This document shows, in pieces, positions 61,143 through 64,000 of a DNA stretch of 64,000 nt. Positions within the stretch are counted from its first letter, which is position 1. Every line of letters starts with the position of its first letter. The notes under the pieces were generated by a model. It saw only the letters and a program-made list of their open reading frames with translations. It had not been told where the DNA came from and made no database searches. This DNA is from Candidatus Bathyarchaeota archaeon (GTDB lineage: Archaea > Thermoproteota > Bathyarchaeia > Bathyarchaeales > Bathycorpusculaceae). The stretch covers positions 1 to 64,000 of the forward strand of contig CAWFFH010000003.1 in the NCBI GenBank assembly GCA_963815095.1. Reading direction: 5' to 3'. A program made the translations under genes and the position numbers.

Positions 61143-62074
61143 TCACTTGTTAGTGTACGACCGCTGTGATCTAAGAATCTGTTCTATTTGCTCGACTTCC
61201 GCTTGGCTTTCGCTGTTCAAAGGAGTCAACCGTATTTCATCAGGCGACTTAACCCCAAAACCCAGTTCAACCGCCCTTTTGATTTGATCTTGTGCAAAAA
61301 CGTCGGCTTCCCCCACTTTGCCTTTGGCGCCGTACATTTTCAGGATAGCAACGCCAACCGCATCAATTGCAACGCGGTCTTGGCCTGCAAGCAAAAGATT
61401 GGGCTCAACCACCTTGCCCTTATCAGGACCACCCGTAACGAACGCTTTTATCCCATCCATCAAGACAAAGTCGAGGTTGTAGCGGCTGTTAATTTCAGCA
61501 ATCATCTGCCGCTGAAACGGCGAACCATGCAACTCCCACATATAATCGTACATACCATCAGGAACCTTCTTGGCAACTAAACCCACCGAATTCTTGAGCG
61601 ACAAAGTGAAGTGTCCGCCGAACCGATGGGTTTTGAGGCAACAGGTTTGCACGATTTTGTCGGCATCGTGGAAAACTTTAGGCATGTAGAAACCTCTTAT
61701 CCAGTGCGTGTCGTCGCGCTCAAACTTTACCCAGCCGTCTTTGCCGACTTCATCTAAAACTACTTCTTTAAACCCAGCTCACGTGATAGGGCTAAGACAC
61801 CCATTTTTTCGAGCACTTCTGCAGTTTCACCCATACCGCTCCGTTCAGCCAACGTTACCTCTCCAGCACCTGCACCTGTTAGGGTTTCCACTAAAGCTCG
61901 AAGAGTATCAAGATGGGTCGAGGCAGGGAACGGGTCAGCACTGTTAAAATTAGCTTTAAGTGCGACCTGCTTCCCAGAAAAACCAGCTAAATCAAACTTT
62001 TTTAGCAGCGCAGGAACGCCTGTTACCCTGTCGGTTGTTTTAAGAACAAAAACTTCGCCCAAAGAACCAACCAT
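61143..62074 (-). CDS. DUF362 family protein, split by frameshift
   Basis: VALKANFNSAD..THLD..ERSG in 61760..62089; LKTHRFGGHFTLSLKN, D.VAIDA in 61143..61685. Confidence 0.85.
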
Positions 62075-62195
62075 AAAAACTCGCCACAAAAACTATAGCG
62101 ATGCTTTCTATTTAGTCTTCACTGCATCAGGCTGCCGCAACAAAACCGCAAGCTCTATATTACACAATGAAACCCTTTTCAAAAGCGAAAAGTGC

Positions 62196-62273
62196 GGGTC
62201 CGTAGCTCAGTCAGGCTAGAGCATCGGACTCTTAATCCGAGGGTCGCGGGTTCAATTCCCGTCGGACCCGCCA
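62196..62273 (+). tRNA. tRNA-Lys(CTT) with encoded CCA
   Basis: GGGTCCG/CGGACCC acceptor, TCGGA-CT CTT AA-TCCGA anticodon arm, GGTTCAATTCC T-loop. Confidence 0.97.
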
Positions 62274-62283
62274 ATGGTCTCCT

Positions 62284-63014
62284 TCATTTCCACTTTGTGA
62301 GTATTTCTTCTCTTTTGAAAGTTGATCGGCTTAAGAAGAATAATATTACATCAGCGATCAAAACAATACATGATAAAATCAGAAGGTTACTGATATTGAA
62401 AGGAAAAATTCTTCTGCTCCTGCAAATAAGACAGCAACGAACGGAATAAACATAAGGCCAACTATCTGGTTTGCACCTCGAACGTCGCTTACTCGCGATG
62501 ATGCCATCACAGCTACTTCAATGCTAAGAATAGCCGCAAGAGGCGCGAGGAGTAACAACATAACGCCAGCGTTCCAATTGGGAAAATAATAGTAGCCTAA
62601 CCCGCCATTGTACAAAAAGTAGTCCGCTGCCGCCATGAAGATTGATGCTCCAAGCCACGTAGATAGAATAGGCGGTATGAACGATGCGAAGCTTTTTCCA
62701 AGCAGAATCTCGCCATCAGTCGTCGGAGTCGCAAGCAACGGCTCCAACGTCTTTTCAACTTTTTCGCCCACTATACTGTATGCTGCAATCGTACTGGGAA
62801 GAACAGTTGCTAAAACTACAAAGATGTAAATGATTGTTTGGGCGCCTAATGATATTGTCGTGGGGATTCCATACGCTATTTGGTCTCTTAAGACAATTGA
62901 GAAAACGATTGCGATCAGAAGGGGAAGCCCAACAGTATAGAAGATGATGCTTCTCTTTCTGCTGATTACCTTGAGCTCTTTACGCGCTATCTTCCACGGC
63001 ATCCAAGTAGTCAT
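62284..63014 (-). CDS. ABC-2 type exporter permease (C-terminal frameshift)
   Basis: IARKE, SIVGEKVEKTLEPLLATP..EILLGK; last TM ..STFKREEILTKWK* in another frame. Confidence 0.88.
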
Positions 63015-63934
63015 TGCGTGTTCTCCTTCACTAATTTCAGGTAAGCGTCTTCTAGCGAGCTGCTAGTGACTGTCACTGTTTCTATGCGTCCTCCTTCTGC
63101 AACGATTGCGCTTATCATCTCAGGATTCTCCTCTTCGGGATTCTCGACATCAACCGTCAGCTGGTTGCCCTCTATGGTCATGTTCTTGACCTGTAGCTTC
63201 TTCAGCGAATCAAGAATCGCCTCATTCACCTGTCTCAACTGAATCACTGTTTTCCTTCCGTGGATAGATCGTTCGAGTTCTTGAGGAGTACCCACCGCCA
63301 TGAGCTTGGTATTCAAGATGCCAATCCTATCGCAGACCCTCTGCGCCTCATACAGGTTGTGGGTATTTAGAAAAATAGTCTTCTTCTCTTTCTTCAGTTC
63401 GAGGATGAATTCTCTTACTGTCTTTGCGGATTCCGGATCTAGATTTGCCGTCGGTTCGTCCATGAAAATTATCTCTGGGTTATGAATTAAGGCACGAGCT
63501 ATCGCGAGTTTCTGTTTCATCCCTTTCGAGAACGCCCCCGATAGAACATTTCTCTTTTCCCAAAGACCAAGCAACTTTAGGAAATATTCGATGCTCTCTT
63601 TCTTTTGAGAGTCACTCAGCCTGTACAGCGTTCCGTAGTATTCTAAATTCTCGTAGGCGGTTAGGGACTCGTAAAGACCCACATTGTCCGGGACGAGCCC
63701 GATTATCTTCCTAATCCTCAGAGCATCCTCTGGTTGGCCGATTTCATAGTTACCAATTCGAGCGGTGCCGCTTGTCTTAGATATCAGGCAACAGAGCATT
63801 CTAACAGTGGTGGTTTTTCCTGCTCCGTTAGGCCCAAGAAAACCAAAAATTTCTCCCTGATTTACTTTGAAAGTTAAATTGTCAACCGCAGTCAGCTCTC
63901 TGAACTTCCGTGTTAGGTTCTCAGTCTCAATCAT
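63011..63934 (-). CDS. ABC exporter ATP-binding protein
   Basis: GPNGAGKTT, FSKGM, DEPT, SLEDAYL. Confidence 0.95.
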   Translation of the reverse strand: MIETENLTRKFRELTAVDNLTFKVNQGEIFGFLGPNGAGKTTTVRMLCCLISKTSGTARIGNYEIGQPEDALRIRKIIGLVPDNVGLYESLTAYENLEYYGTLYRLSDSQKKESIEYFLKLLGLWEKRNVLSGAFSKGMKQKLAIARALIHNPEIIFMDEPTANLDPESAKTVREFILELKKEKKTIFLNTHNLYEAQRVCDRIGILNTKLMAVGTPQELERSIHGRKTVIQLRQVNEAILDSLKKLQVKNMTIEGNQLTVDVENPEEENPEMISAIVAEGGRIETVTVTSSSLEDAYLKLVKENTQ

Positions 63935-64000
63935 TTAAGCCGCTACCAATCAGCTTCGTTCTCAATAGATAAGCACAAGGGAACGTATATAGTAAGCCAT

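Noticed and set aside
62192-62449. 85-aa ORF
   Set aside because: Overlaps tRNA-Lys; shadow ORF.
62274-64000. Second island downstream of tRNA-Lys
   Set aside because: No integrase or att repeat visible within the window.

Overview
Archaeal chromosomal segment. Gene content and protein style (GTP-PEPCK, GGR, RbkR-type ribK, L35Ae, PEF-CTERM surface proteins, integrase type) suggest Bathyarchaeia, which is an inference. About 1.1-10.9 kb is an AT-rich integrated element. It is bounded by tRNA-Leu(CAG) and a degenerate tRNA 3'-end copy, and carries a frameshifted tyrosine integrase, an MCM-like AAA+ protein, a wHTH regulator, a Mu gpF-like gene and surface-protein cargo. Inside it I count eight copies of a bipartite site, ACCTTTTCC-N(6-7)-RGGTGTAY, that bracket gene modules and are not evident in the host backbone. 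This is the best candidate for an undescribed cassette/recombination system. The rest is host backbone: cobamide salvage (cobD-cbiB; btuFCD-rSAM-DUF2284-cbiZ; Ni/Co transporters) with a shared candidate operator, dph5/ribL/ribK, pckG, archaeal asnA, a trpEGDCBA operon with TRP boxes and no trpF, SRP RNA, a PAS/GAF kinase, a cluster of CxxC-x17-CxxC and other Cys-rich microproteins near eIF1A, rad50/mre11, rps10, tRNA-Lys(CTT) and an ABC exporter. Many genes have single-base frameshifts, often in homopolymers, so several apparent pseudogenes may be assembly errors.
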